NCBI GenBank assembly: GCA_900314585.1
Contig: OMVV01000002.1
Coordinates: forward strand, 80,961-144,960
From: an uncultured Erysipelotrichaceae bacterium
Lineage (GTDB): Bacteria > Bacillota_I > Bacilli_A > RFN20 > CAG-826
Length of the DNA stretch: 64,000 nt
Reading direction: 5' to 3'
In this document: piece by piece, positions 45,353 to 56,101 of the stretch
How the letters are laid out: each line of letters begins with the position of its first letter
Position numbering within the stretch: the stretch's first letter is position 1
Program-made: the position numbers and the translations under genes
The notes under the pieces: generated by a model
Database searches by the model: none
Seen by the model: the letters and a program-made list of their open reading frames with translations, nothing else
Told to the model about the DNA's origin: nothing

Positions 45353-46780
45353 ATGGAAAACAAAAATAGTTCAATCACCACTCAAGAAGTCGATTTCGCG
45401 CAGTGGTACACAGATGTATGTAAGAAAGCCGAATTAATGGATTATTCATCCGTTAAAGGTTTCATCATCTATCGACCATATGGCTATGCCATTTGGGAAG
45501 AAATTCAAAAATATTTAGACGCTAAGTTTAAAGGTGTTGGAGTTGAAAACGTCTATATGCCTTTAGTCATCCCTAGTTCCCTCTTCCAAAAAGAAAAAGA
45601 TCATGTCAGTGGTTTCGCTCCTGAAACATTAATCGCCACCAAAGGCGGAAAGAACATTCTTGATGATGAATTAATCATTCGTCCAACCAGTGAAGTCTTA
45701 TTCTGCGAACACTACAAAAACATCATCGAGTCATATCGTGATTTACCAAAACGATACAATCAGTGGTGTTCTGTTGTCCGTTGGGAGAAGACGACACGTC
45801 CTTTCTTAAGAGGTTCTGAATTCCTTTGGCAAGAAGGCCATACAATGTATGAAAGTGAAGAAGAGGCTCGTAAAGACGCTTTAAGGATGCTCGAGATCTA
45901 TGACAAGATGGGTCGCGATTTACTCGCCATCCCATTTGTTAAAGGTATCAAAACTGATAAAGAAAAATTTGCTGGAGCAAAAGAAACATATTCAATTGAA
46001 GCATTGATGCCAGATGGCAAAGCACTTCAAAGTGGCACAACCCACTATTTCGGTGATGGTTTTGCGAAAGCTTTTGGTATTCAATTCCAAAATCGAGAAA
46101 ACAAACTTCAATCACCATTTCAAACTTCATGGGGTGTTTCCACTCGTTTACTTGGTTCAATCATCATGGTCCACGGCGATGATAATGGTTTAGTGCTTCC
46201 ACCAAAGGTCGCCCCAACCCAAGTCGTCATCATTCCAATTCAACAAAAGAACCCAGATGTTCTTAAAAAAGCCCATGAATATCTTGAAAAGATATCTAAA
46301 CTCGGAATTCGTGTTAAACTCGACGATTCAGATCGTTCACCAGGTTGGAAATACGCCGAACATGAAATGAAAGGTATTCCAGTTCGTTTAGAAGTTGGTC
46401 CACGTGATATTTCTAATGGCGTCTGTGTCCTCGCTAAACGTAATGATGGAGTAAAACTCACCGTTAACGAAAAGGATATTGAAAAAGAACTTCCAAAACT
46501 TTTAGATACAATTCACGAAGAAATGTATAAGAAAGCGTTCAAATATCTTTTAGAACATACGACCGAAGCTCATAGCTTAGATGAACTCAAAGAAATCCTT
46601 GATCGTGGTGGTTATGCGAAAGTCATGTGGTGCGGATCGCAAGATTGTGAAGACAAAATCAAAGAATTATATCAAGCAACTGCAAGATGTTTACCATTTG
46701 ATCAAGTTCCATTTGAACATAAATGCCTTGTTTGTGGCAAAAAAGCCGAGAAAGTTGTCTTCTTTGCAAGAGCATATTAA
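45353..46780 (+). CDS. proS: Prolyl-tRNA synthetase (eukaryote/archaea-like type)
   Basis: DFAQWY..V..KAEL.DYS.VKG, RPTSE, QWCSVVRWE, FLR..EFLWQEGHT, QSGTTH, TSWGVSTR. Confidence 0.97.
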   Translation: MENKNSSITTQEVDFAQWYTDVCKKAELMDYSSVKGFIIYRPYGYAIWEEIQKYLDAKFKGVGVENVYMPLVIPSSLFQKEKDHVSGFAPETLIATKGGKNILDDELIIRPTSEVLFCEHYKNIIESYRDLPKRYNQWCSVVRWEKTTRPFLRGSEFLWQEGHTMYESEEEARKDALRMLEIYDKMGRDLLAIPFVKGIKTDKEKFAGAKETYSIEALMPDGKALQSGTTHYFGDGFAKAFGIQFQNRENKLQSPFQTSWGVSTRLLGSIIMVHGDDNGLVLPPKVAPTQVVIIPIQQKNPDVLKKAHEYLEKISKLGIRVKLDDSDRSPGWKYAEHEMKGIPVRLEVGPRDISNGVCVLAKRNDGVKLTVNEKDIEKELPKLLDTIHEEMYKKAFKYLLEHTTEAHSLDELKEILDRGGYAKVMWCGSQDCEDKIKELYQATARCLPFDQVPFEHKCLVCGKKAEKVVFFARAY

Positions 46781-46782
46781 TT

Positions 46783-47589
46783 ATGATTTTCTCACTTATT
46801 TATCTCATTTTGTTAGTCGGTGGCTTTGGCTGCCTAATGTATTTTGCTGACTTGTACACCAAGTGGTATTTCTATTTCATTCCCCTCGTTGGTATTCCTG
46901 TAGGATACGTCATTTTATTTGGTTTAACTTTATTGTTCTTTGTTATCGTTGCGAAGTTCATCAACATTGACAAAGATGTTAGAAAGCCATCAAAGATTGC
47001 TAGATTCATTGTCAATCAAATGAATCACTTAACAATCGTTCTTTCTCTTACAAGAGTGAAATATAAAAACTTCAATGGCTTTAGCAAAAAGCAACCATGC
47101 ATGATTATTTATAATCATATTTCTAACTTTGATCCAATGTTAATCATGAACAAAGTTCATCGTTTGATTTGTATCACTAAATACGGAAATAAGAAGATCC
47201 CTGGTGTTGGTGGAATGATTCACAAAGCGGGTTATATCACTATCGACCGCGAACATAATGATGAAGGTATTAAAGCAATTAACAAAGCGATTGAATATCT
47301 TGAAAATGGTGTCGCAAGCATCTGTGTCGCCCCTGAAGGCACAAGAAGTAAAGATTTAAAGTTGCTTCCATTTCATCCTGGAACATTTAATATTGCTAAA
47401 AGAACTGGTGTGCCAATCGTCTGTGTGCTTGTGAAAAACACCAATATGATTCACAAAAATTTCCCAAAGAAAATTACCAAATGTGAATGCAATATTATCT
47501 ACACGATGAAGAGCGAAGAATATGCTGAATTATCAACTGTTGAAATCGCTAGTAGATTACACGATTTATACGCTCAATATATCGGCTAA
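46783..47589 (+). CDS. plsC: 1-acyl-sn-glycerol-3-phosphate acyltransferase family
   Basis: NHISNFD, IDR, PEGTRS; N-terminal TMs; start 46783. Confidence 0.85.
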   Translation: MIFSLIYLILLVGGFGCLMYFADLYTKWYFYFIPLVGIPVGYVILFGLTLLFFVIVAKFINIDKDVRKPSKIARFIVNQMNHLTIVLSLTRVKYKNFNGFSKKQPCMIIYNHISNFDPMLIMNKVHRLICITKYGNKKIPGVGGMIHKAGYITIDREHNDEGIKAINKAIEYLENGVASICVAPEGTRSKDLKLLPFHPGTFNIAKRTGVPIVCVLVKNTNMIHKNFPKKITKCECNIIYTMKSEEYAELSTVEIASRLHDLYAQYIG

Positions 47590-47609
47590 GAAAAAATCAC
47601 AAAATAAAG

Positions 47610-47638
47610 AAAATATCCGACGTTTGCCGGATATTTTT
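47610..47638. terminator. Bidirectional terminator
   Basis: AAAATATCCG-acgtttgc-CGGATATTTT. Confidence 0.75.
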
Positions 47639-47641
47639 CAT

Positions 47642-48085
47642 TTAATCTTTCATTTTTTGATATATCTTTTCGAAATCATTTGAGAGGAGATATTTGCTGA
47701 TTTCATCTTCCTTTATGAAGAAGATTTCTCCTTCTTTTGAACTGGTTAATTTTCCCTCAAATTTCTTTGATCTAAATAACATTGCGAGGTGACGAACATT
47801 ATCGCCAAATTCATTCCATTCGATATAGCCTCGAGGTTCAATCTCAAGTAGAGTTAGTCCAGTTTCTTCCTTCATCTCTCTTTTGACCGCGTCGACGATA
47901 AGTTCATCATCTTCAACGTGTCCTCCAGGGAAAGTTAGTCCTGGCCAATCCTTTTTAAGACGATTTTCCACTAAAAAGGAGCCATCATCTTTATAGACCA
48001 TGCACATAACTGTGAGTTTGGTTCTTTTTTGTGAATGAGATTTATCCTTTTTAATAAAATCTTTATCAATCGGGGAATAATTCAT
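47642..48085 (-). CDS. Nudix hydrolase (8-oxo-dGTPase-like)
   Basis: PGGHVEDDE....AVKREMKEETGL Nudix box. ATG 48085 preferred to TTG 48103. Confidence 0.9.
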   Translation of the reverse strand: MNYSPIDKDFIKKDKSHSQKRTKLTVMCMVYKDDGSFLVENRLKKDWPGLTFPGGHVEDDELIVDAVKREMKEETGLTLLEIEPRGYIEWNEFGDNVRHLAMLFRSKKFEGKLTSSKEGEIFFIKEDEISKYLLSNDFEKIYQKMKD

Positions 48086-48141
48086 GAATTTATTATCTAA
48101 CAATTTAGATATTGAGAAAAGAATTATAAAATAATCTTGCT

Positions 48142-48810
48142 ATGTCGAAGTTAACTCGTGGAGAAAAAGGTGAAGCAAAAGTAAATAAGCTTCTTTTAAG
48201 CATCAAAGGAAATAATGTACTTATCAATGATGTGACTTTTGTGAACAAGAATTCGGAGATGTCACATCAAATTGATCATATCTTCATTCATCCTCATGGA
48301 ATCTTTCTTATTGAAACAAAGAACTATTATGGTGAAATCTTCGTGGAGAATAAGCAGTGGAAGCGAATAGTTAATAACAAAGTTGAAAAACTTCCCGATC
48401 CTCTAAGACAAAATAAATCGCACGCGATTACGTTAAATAAAATAGTAAAGAATAAGTATGAGATTATTCCAGTAGTGGTCTTTGTGAAAAATAACGCACC
48501 ATATCTAGGGGATGAAAACATCATAAATATTGAAGATTTGCCATTATTTATCGATTCATATCCATATCAAAAACTTCTTTCAAAAAGCGATATTTCAAAA
48601 ATCAAAGATATCATTATGTCTTCAGTGAAAGATGTATCCAAAGAAGAACATATCGAAAATATCGGCTATCTAAAAGCAGTGAAGAAAGAGTTAATTAAAG
48701 AAAAAGAATATGCAATCACTAGTGGAATGTGCCCACGTTGTAACGCAAAGCTAATTATTAAAGGTAACTCCTTCAAATGTCCAAATTGTGATTTTAAATT
48801 CTCATTATGA
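48142..48810 (+). CDS. NERD-domain protein with C-terminal Zn ribbon
   Basis: GEKGE, QIDHI.I...GIFLIETKNY.G, P..QN..H; CPRC...CPNC. Confidence 0.9.
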   Translation: MSKLTRGEKGEAKVNKLLLSIKGNNVLINDVTFVNKNSEMSHQIDHIFIHPHGIFLIETKNYYGEIFVENKQWKRIVNNKVEKLPDPLRQNKSHAITLNKIVKNKYEIIPVVVFVKNNAPYLGDENIINIEDLPLFIDSYPYQKLLSKSDISKIKDIIMSSVKDVSKEEHIENIGYLKAVKKELIKEKEYAITSGMCPRCNAKLIIKGNSFKCPNCDFKFSL

Positions 48811-48834
48811 GATAGATAGAGTAATATATTCACC

Positions 48835-49356
48835 ATGGAACAACAGTTAGAAAAAACAATTAAGAAATTTAATCGCATCTATTACATTGAATTATTTGTG
48901 ATTGCTGCGATTGTTATCGTTTTAGCCTCACTTAAGTTAGCAGGCATCATTGGTACATCCCAAACTTCACGACGAGTTTTTAATATTATCACTCTCGTTG
49001 GAGCGACCTATATCTTAAGCGACTTTATTTGGTTATGCTTTTCAAAGAAAAGACAACGTCGCAATTGCTGGTTTGATAAGATTAGTTTATTACCATTATC
49101 ATTCTATTTATATTCAATTGATATTTACGCGTTAATTAATTGGAACGCTGAAGTGGTGGAATATTGGAATATTCTTCTCGCTTGTGCTTTCTTCTATGTC
49201 GCAGCGGCGTATATCGCTCAAGGATTGTTCCATATTAAAAGACCCCTTCCAAGTATCGTTGAAGATGCAACTGAAGAATATAATGAGGCTATCAAACAAG
49301 CTGAACAAAAAGTTAAAGAAGAAGCCTCTAAAGAAAATAAGCCAGAATCTAAATAA
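48835..49356 (+). CDS. Hypothetical 4-TM membrane protein
   Basis: Four hydrophobic segments, charged tail. Confidence 0.72.
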   Translation: MEQQLEKTIKKFNRIYYIELFVIAAIVIVLASLKLAGIIGTSQTSRRVFNIITLVGATYILSDFIWLCFSKKRQRRNCWFDKISLLPLSFYLYSIDIYALINWNAEVVEYWNILLACAFFYVAAAYIAQGLFHIKRPLPSIVEDATEEYNEAIKQAEQKVKEEASKENKPESK

Positions 49357-49514
49357 TCTCTTAAATATATTTAAAGTATCAAATAGCTTTCTTGTTTAAA
49401 TAAATTTTAAATGAGAAAGTTTTTTGTTGACATTCCTATTTATATTGTTTTTAATATAGCAAATTTTAAAACCTCATCTATTTGCGAATAGATAGGAATA
49501 AGGAGGACCTTATT

Positions 49515-51074
49515 ATGAATAAGACCCACAAAAAGTTGGCCCTCATCGCTATCTCGGCATTCGTCGTTGAAGCCGCGTTAGTGGTTGGAGTCGCCACAAA
49601 CTTCAATGCAATGGCATTAAACCCAATCAAAGCTTCAAGCACAGATTATAGTGTTACTTTTTCTCGTTCAGCCTCAACGGTTGAATCGGGATCATATGCT
49701 AGCGGATCTGCAATCGTTTCATCTAGATTATCCGGTGGCACAAAAGTTTTTGCTCAAATTTCTGGTCAAGAACGTAACACCGGCTCACATTTTGTCAGAT
49801 TCTATAATAGTGCAAGCGAATACGTGAAATTTTATTTCACTGGAAGCGAAGTAACACGTTTTAGTTCAATCAATTCTCTTGATTTCACTTATTCGGCTTA
49901 TGGCATCGATGCCCAAGGCAATTTTGATATTTACTATTCAAGTGTTGAAATTGATTTCAATGATTCATCTACTTATAGTGTGATTTCCGTTAGCGATGCT
50001 CCAGCATCTGTTAATTTAGGAACTTCTAACGTTCACTATGTCGCACTTCATTCACGTGATGGAGTTTATGCTTATATTGATTCAGTTAAAATCAACTACA
50101 CCTGTGGTGAACCAGTTCCAGAATCATATGGCATTTCATATTATGGTATGGATCTTGATTCCAACATTATTCCTTTGGAAGGTATCGATACATCTTCATT
50201 AATTAATGAAGCACAAGAAGGAAGTACAGTTGTTATCGAACCAGAAGCCTCAAGCGGATACACCTTCCTTGGTGGTTTCGGATATTCTGAAGCCGTTGAA
50301 GATGTCACTGATGTTGATGGTGTTATTACCTTCACAATGCCATCCGAAGACGTTGAATTTGTGTTGATTTCAAGACCAACAGTCCCACAATTATATTCAA
50401 TATCTATTAGCGGTTATCAAACCGAATTTACACAAGGTGATTCATTCGTCTTTGGTGGCACAGTTACCGCTAGATACACTGATGGCAGCACTTCAAATGT
50501 CACCGCATCAGCAACATTTACCGGGTATGACATGGATGAAGTTGGCAGTCAAACAGTCACCGTTTCTTACACATATTTAGGAGTTTTAAAAACCGCTACT
50601 TATGGAATTACTGTTGCACCAGACGATCCAGGCACAGTTGTGTTAACTGGAACATATCAGTATGCTTCAAGATCAAGTCACGCAACCCCTGATTGGACAT
50701 TACACAATATGACAATCACTTTCTATAATGATGGTACTGCAATGTGGAGAAATGTCCGAACCGATATTTTAAGCAATTCATTTGATTGCAAAGTTTATTT
50801 CACTTATGAAGCTACCGATAATGTATCAAATATAACTGTTGCTATGGCTTTAACATCTTACGACTTTAAGAAAAATGGCGCGGCCAATAATGAAGCTAAA
50901 AGCTTCAGCGGTGGTTCATACGACCGACCAGTCGATGGTGGTTTCACTAGCGCTACAGCCAAAAACAACAGCATTGTTATGGCGAGCAACCGTGCATCAT
51001 TTACTGTTAATGTCTATGACCAATCTCATAGCTACGAAGTTTACGATACATTTACATTCAATTTAGTAAGTTAA
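49515..51074 (+). CDS. Secreted protein with InlB-B-repeat-like and bacterial Ig-like (group 3) domains
   Basis: Signal peptide; SGYTFLG...TFTMPSEDV; SISISGYQTEF.QGD.F.F.G.VTARYTDG; SD AGGAGG. Confidence 0.75.
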   Translation: MNKTHKKLALIAISAFVVEAALVVGVATNFNAMALNPIKASSTDYSVTFSRSASTVESGSYASGSAIVSSRLSGGTKVFAQISGQERNTGSHFVRFYNSASEYVKFYFTGSEVTRFSSINSLDFTYSAYGIDAQGNFDIYYSSVEIDFNDSSTYSVISVSDAPASVNLGTSNVHYVALHSRDGVYAYIDSVKINYTCGEPVPESYGISYYGMDLDSNIIPLEGIDTSSLINEAQEGSTVVIEPEASSGYTFLGGFGYSEAVEDVTDVDGVITFTMPSEDVEFVLISRPTVPQLYSISISGYQTEFTQGDSFVFGGTVTARYTDGSTSNVTASATFTGYDMDEVGSQTVTVSYTYLGVLKTATYGITVAPDDPGTVVLTGTYQYASRSSHATPDWTLHNMTITFYNDGTAMWRNVRTDILSNSFDCKVYFTYEATDNVSNITVAMALTSYDFKKNGAANNEAKSFSGGSYDRPVDGGFTSATAKNNSIVMASNRASFTVNVYDQSHSYEVYDTFTFNLVS

Positions 51075-51091
51075 TATAGGAGACCAAGATT

Positions 51092-54000
51092 ATGAAGATG
51101 CGAAAAGTATTGCCGTTATTCCTCGCTTTAGCACTTCCTCTTTCAGGCTGTTTCAATAACGGAGGTTCTTCTAAACCTTCTGGTACATCTACTTCATCAA
51201 GCAGTGAACCCACTCCAACAACAAGTGGTGAACCTGCTTCAAATTCATCAATTACCTCAGTAACTTTAAACAAATCTAGTTTAAGTCTTAAAAAAGGCGA
51301 GACTGCAACTTTAGTTGCAACTGTCGCTGGTACTGGTGATTATGATAGTAGTGTTACCTGGAGCAGCAACTCTGAAGAGATCGATGTTACAAGTGCGGGA
51401 AAGGTATTTGTTTCTAACGCAGCAAGCGTTGGCTCATCAGCAGTTATCGTTGCTACATCAAATCAAGATGCAACTAAGTTTGCAACTTGTTCAGTGGTTG
51501 TTGTTAGCCCACCTGTCACCCCAAGCGTCAATAGTGTCACTTTAAGTGAACATAACCTTCAGATCGAAGTCGGTGGTAGTTTCACTATCAGTGCGACAGT
51601 TGATGCTATAAACGGTGCGCCAACAACTCTAAATTGGACATCAAACAATCCAAAAGTTAGTGTTACTAATGGTCAAATTTCTGTTGCAGAGGACGCCACA
51701 GTTAACTCTGTTGCCTTGATCCAAGCAACATCAACATATGATCCGGGTAAATATGATATTTGTTCAGTTCTTGTTTTAGCAAAGTCCACTCCAGGAGTTG
51801 ATCCAGTTGCTTTGAAAGCAAAGATGGATGCTTTTGTCAGTAATGTTCAAACAAATCATAACTACACTGTTTCAATGACATCTTATGATGAGGCTGAACC
51901 AACCGATGTTTTAACTCAAACTTTCTATAACATTGATGACAAAGCATTCTATTCTAAGAATGGCTATGGCAAGAATACTGGTTATATCTATCAAAAGAAC
52001 CAAGGCTTCGTTGAATTTGAACAACTTAGTGATGAGAGCGCAATCTCAGCCGGTGACTTCTTATCCACCAACGTGGAAGCAGTGGTCTCTGAACTTGTTC
52101 CAATCTCACTTGAACAAATTCTTAAAGCCAGTTATACCCAAGTTAATGATTCTCCAAATCAATTTGAAATCAGTAATGATGTGGCGATTGCGGTCGCGAT
52201 GAACCACACTGGCTATAATTTGATGAATGTCATCGCACCTGAAAAGATTTATTTAAGCGTCTCTGATAGCAATGATGAATTCTATGTCAGCGCTGATTTC
52301 CAAATCGTCTATGACATGAATTTCTATCCTGCCCACGCTTCATTTGTTATTTATAATTTAGGCACAACTGAAAACTCAGTTATCAGTGCTTATATTGAAA
52401 ACCCAACTACAACATATATCGCCCCAACAAGTTATGGCGATTATGTCGAAAGTTTATTCAATCCATATTTTAATGAATATGTCCCACCATTTTTAAATGG
52501 TGCTACCTATACTTTTGAAATGCATGAAGGTGGTGAAACCCAACATTATGATGGCATGCACTTCTTCTTATCCGATTTAGCGTGTGGAGATAAGCGTGCC
52601 GAATTTGGAACGGCTCTTCTTTTAGAAGGCTTCGAACTTGTCCCAGATTCATCTTATCAATATAAAAAGAGTGTTGTCGTTGAAGAAACATCTTCAGTGG
52701 ATAATTATTCAATCAATTTATATTACACTGATCCTTCATATCAAGAAGCTGGTCAAATCCATAACACTGGCTACTATAATCCAAACGGTATCTTCGAAGT
52801 TGAATTCCATTACGATATCTCTAGTGATGTCGATACAGTCGAGAAACTAAACGAATATATCGTTAAAAACGATTTACGTCGTTATGTCCCGCTTTATCCA
52901 GAAGGAAAATCAACTTCTGTTTATGGTTTTAGAGATCGAACCGAAGCCTATAATCAACTTTATGGTGGTTGCGTCTTTATAACCGCTGGTAAGAATGGAA
53001 ACTTCTTTGATATCAAATATAGCAGTGTTGAAGATGCGAAAGCGGATGCTAATGCATATGTTTCACTTTTAGCGACACGTGGATTTACATTAACCACCAA
53101 GATGCAAGGGGGGGCAATCATCTGTGAAAATCCTAATAGTGCAACTAACGCTCCATCCAAAGTATGGATCTCTGATCCAGATTACATTACAACCGCTAAT
53201 GTTCAAATTAGATATCAAATCTATGATTATGATGCTCTTCCAGTTGATCCAGATGGACCAGTTACCAGAGTCTTAAAATCAATTTCACTTAATACATCTG
53301 CTGTTCAAAAGACATTTGATGTTGGTGATACATTTAACTACGACAACTTAGTTGTCACTGCAAAATATTCCAATACCGAACAAGCGGTAGTTACCCCAAC
53401 AAGTGTTTCCACTCCGGATATGTCAAGTAGTGGTGAAAAAGAAGTTGTCGTTAAATACCGTGAAAACGGTATAACCCGTCAAGCAAGCTATAACATCACG
53501 GTTATGGGCGAAGGCGATCACACAATTTCTTATAACGTTGTTGATGAAGGTGGAAACCCAATCGACGCGTTGGATTTAGATAATTCAACCCTTCCAAGTT
53601 CTGCCGCCATTAACGAAGTCGCCAATATCAGCGTCGTCGCTAAAGATGGCTATAACTATTGTGGATTTGGATTCCCTTCGGAATATTTCGATGATTCAGT
53701 CTTTATGGAATATTTCAATGAACACGATTTCGATTTCACTGAACCAGATTTCTCATTCATGATGTCTGACTTTGACGTCACGGTTAACTTAGTGTTCTCC
53801 GAAGTCCCACCAACCCCAACTCATTCAGTAACCTTTAACAAAGATAGTCACGTTTTAGCGATTGTCTCGACCCAAGACTTCTCGGAAGTCGAAGTTGGCG
53901 AGATTGTGAGTTTCGCTCCATCATGTGAAAATGGCTATGAAGTTGATCAAGTTACATCCGATGATGTTATGATCAACAAAGTTGGTAATCAATACACCTT

Positions 54001-54964
54001 TACGATGGTCGATAAAGATGTCGTTATTAACGTTACATCGAAAACCGCACCTGTAAGTGCGACTCACAAGATTACATTTATAACTGATGATCACATCGTC
54101 AGTGTGAACACTGCTACCTATGGTATCGATAAAGATGCAGTTGCAGAAGGCACCAAAGTAACCTTCTCTGTTAACTTTGAAGATGGTTATGAAATCAACA
54201 CATATGATATCGATGTTGCCGGAACTGATTTCCATCAAAATATATTGGTTCCAAATTCGTTTGCGTTTAATATGCCAGATCAAGATGCCATCGTTACTTT
54301 AACAAGTAAAGAGAGTGGCGTCACTCCTCCACCTGTCGTGGATACATACTCTGTTTCCTTTGCAAATAACGATCATATTTCAAGTGTCAGCCACGTTGAT
54401 TTAAGCGCAGTAAGTGCAGGTCAAACCGTTAACTTTACTCCTGCTGTCGAAGACGGTTATGAAATTGTTTCAGTTTCAACTAACCCATCTGTTGTTGTCA
54501 CTCAAAATGGTGATTCATATTCATTCACCATGCCAAGCAGCAATGTAACAGTTAGTTTCGTCACTCAAGAAAGTAGTGGCGGAGGTGGAGAAGAAGAACA
54601 AACTTCTCTTGTTTATAGTTTAGTTGTACCAATGAGCAATCCGGCTTATTACAACAAATACACGATCTCCTTATCAAACGAAGATAATACAGGCGTGTAT
54701 ACTCGTACAACGGTAAATGCGAGTGGCACAACTGTTAAAGATGTTGTCCACTTCACCTATTCAATTAATGGCGATAAGTTAAATCTAACGCTAGTTAGTG
54801 GAGACATTACAGGTGCCGCAAGCGGATATAGATTATTCACTGGTTCCGAACCAGGAAACATAAATAATACTGGTGTGTTTGTGAATGAGAACACATTGTC
54901 CATTCAACTTTGTAAAGCCGATGGTTCAACAGTTGCAACTCCATATACATTTATAAAAGAATAA
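51092..54964 (+). CDS. Large surface lipoprotein (1290 aa): two Big_2 Ig domains, a Big_3 domain and several InlB-B-repeat-like domains
   Basis: Lipobox LSGC; SVTLNKSSLSLKKGETATLVATV and SVTLSEHNLQIEVGG; SISLN...KTFDVGDTF; three to four xSVxF...GYE...YxFTMP repeats. Confidence 0.82.
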   Translation: MKMRKVLPLFLALALPLSGCFNNGGSSKPSGTSTSSSSEPTPTTSGEPASNSSITSVTLNKSSLSLKKGETATLVATVAGTGDYDSSVTWSSNSEEIDVTSAGKVFVSNAASVGSSAVIVATSNQDATKFATCSVVVVSPPVTPSVNSVTLSEHNLQIEVGGSFTISATVDAINGAPTTLNWTSNNPKVSVTNGQISVAEDATVNSVALIQATSTYDPGKYDICSVLVLAKSTPGVDPVALKAKMDAFVSNVQTNHNYTVSMTSYDEAEPTDVLTQTFYNIDDKAFYSKNGYGKNTGYIYQKNQGFVEFEQLSDESAISAGDFLSTNVEAVVSELVPISLEQILKASYTQVNDSPNQFEISNDVAIAVAMNHTGYNLMNVIAPEKIYLSVSDSNDEFYVSADFQIVYDMNFYPAHASFVIYNLGTTENSVISAYIENPTTTYIAPTSYGDYVESLFNPYFNEYVPPFLNGATYTFEMHEGGETQHYDGMHFFLSDLACGDKRAEFGTALLLEGFELVPDSSYQYKKSVVVEETSSVDNYSINLYYTDPSYQEAGQIHNTGYYNPNGIFEVEFHYDISSDVDTVEKLNEYIVKNDLRRYVPLYPEGKSTSVYGFRDRTEAYNQLYGGCVFITAGKNGNFFDIKYSSVEDAKADANAYVSLLATRGFTLTTKMQGGAIICENPNSATNAPSKVWISDPDYITTANVQIRYQIYDYDALPVDPDGPVTRVLKSISLNTSAVQKTFDVGDTFNYDNLVVTAKYSNTEQAVVTPTSVSTPDMSSSGEKEVVVKYRENGITRQASYNITVMGEGDHTISYNVVDEGGNPIDALDLDNSTLPSSAAINEVANISVVAKDGYNYCGFGFPSEYFDDSVFMEYFNEHDFDFTEPDFSFMMSDFDVTVNLVFSEVPPTPTHSVTFNKDSHVLAIVSTQDFSEVEVGEIVSFAPSCENGYEVDQVTSDDVMINKVGNQYTFTMVDKDVVINVTSKTAPVSATHKITFITDDHIVSVNTATYGIDKDAVAEGTKVTFSVNFEDGYEINTYDIDVAGTDFHQNILVPNSFAFNMPDQDAIVTLTSKESGVTPPPVVDTYSVSFANNDHISSVSHVDLSAVSAGQTVNFTPAVEDGYEIVSVSTNPSVVVTQNGDSYSFTMPSSNVTVSFVTQESSGGGGEEEQTSLVYSLVVPMSNPAYYNKYTISLSNEDNTGVYTRTTVNASGTTVKDVVHFTYSINGDKLNLTLVSGDITGAASGYRLFTGSEPGNINNTGVFVNENTLSIQLCKADGSTVATPYTFIKE

Positions 54965-54969
54965 TTGAT

Positions 54970-55000
54970 AAGGTCTCTCTTCTAGTCGAGAGGCCTTTTC
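54970..55000 (+). terminator. Terminator after the adhesin pair
   Basis: AAGGTCTCTC-ttctagtc-GAGAGGCCTTTT. Confidence 0.7.
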
Positions 55001-55040
55001 TTATATTGCAAATAATCAAAGAATACTTATAATATTGTTC

Positions 55041-55916
55041 ATGACTACCGAACAAATTAATTCTCTTTTATCATCCGTCTTTAACGATGGAGCGAGCATC
55101 GAACGCCCACTTGTTGGAGGGATGATGAATATTTCCTATATTATCAAAGATAAGTCTAATAAAAGATATGTTCTTTATATTTCCACTGAACAAGCTAATG
55201 AAATGGTGGACCGTCCTTTAGAAAAGGAACATCTTGATATCATCTATAAACTTGGCATTACTTCTAAGAATGTTTATTTTGACACTGATAAAGGAATTAA
55301 GATTAACGAATATATTGAAGGCGATTCTTTGAATAACATTAAAGAATTCGACTATCAAAAAGTTGCTTCGTTATTCAAAAAACTTCATTCTTCAAAGACT
55401 TTATCAAAGCAAGATTATAATCCGTTTGTTCGCTTCGAAAAAGAATACGAATTTGAGGCCAAACAATATCAAGATAAACTTGATCCAGAATATGTCAAAT
55501 TAAGAGATTTTCTATTTAAAAATAGAAGTTATCTTGAATCACAACAGAAAGTGTTATGTCACAACGATGGACAAAAATCGAATATCGTTAGAAGTAAAAA
55601 TGATGAGTATTTCCTCATCGATTTTGAGTTCGTTGGCAATAACGATCCAATCTATGATATCGCGACATTTGGTAATGGATTAGTGGCGGAAGGAAGAAAA
55701 CTGCTTGATTACTATTTTTCCAAACCATCCGTCGATGAAATTAAACGTTATTATTTATGGAGAATATACGTCTCTTTACAATGGTATAACGTCGCAATTG
55801 TGAAGCATTATCGTGGTGAAGGAAAAGCTCATGGATTTGACTTTTTAGCGGTCGCTTCCTTCTTCTTAGCTAACGCGATAGATGCCTTTGATGGCTATCA
55901 AAAAGAGATAAAATAA
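55041..55916 (+). CDS. Choline/ethanolamine kinase-like phosphotransferase
   Basis: GGMMN.SY, LCHND...N, LIDFEF motifs. Confidence 0.82.
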   Translation: MTTEQINSLLSSVFNDGASIERPLVGGMMNISYIIKDKSNKRYVLYISTEQANEMVDRPLEKEHLDIIYKLGITSKNVYFDTDKGIKINEYIEGDSLNNIKEFDYQKVASLFKKLHSSKTLSKQDYNPFVRFEKEYEFEAKQYQDKLDPEYVKLRDFLFKNRSYLESQQKVLCHNDGQKSNIVRSKNDEYFLIDFEFVGNNDPIYDIATFGNGLVAEGRKLLDYYFSKPSVDEIKRYYLWRIYVSLQWYNVAIVKHYRGEGKAHGFDFLAVASFFLANAIDAFDGYQKEIK

Positions 55917-56101
55917 CAAATTATTTATGGAAAAGGATAACATAGTTATCTTTTTTCTTTTGTAAACTATCCTTGGCACCTTATTAAAAATTTTATTTGC
56001 ATTTATGAAATAAAACCGATAATTTATAGACAAATAAGCGAATATTCATATTCTGCTTAGCAATTAATCGCTTGCTCAGGATTAGAAAAGAGGTCGCTCT
56101 T

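Noticed and set aside
55041-55916. Complete lic phosphocholine pathway
   Set aside because: Only a kinase-like gene is present; no licB, licC or licD neighbours in the window.
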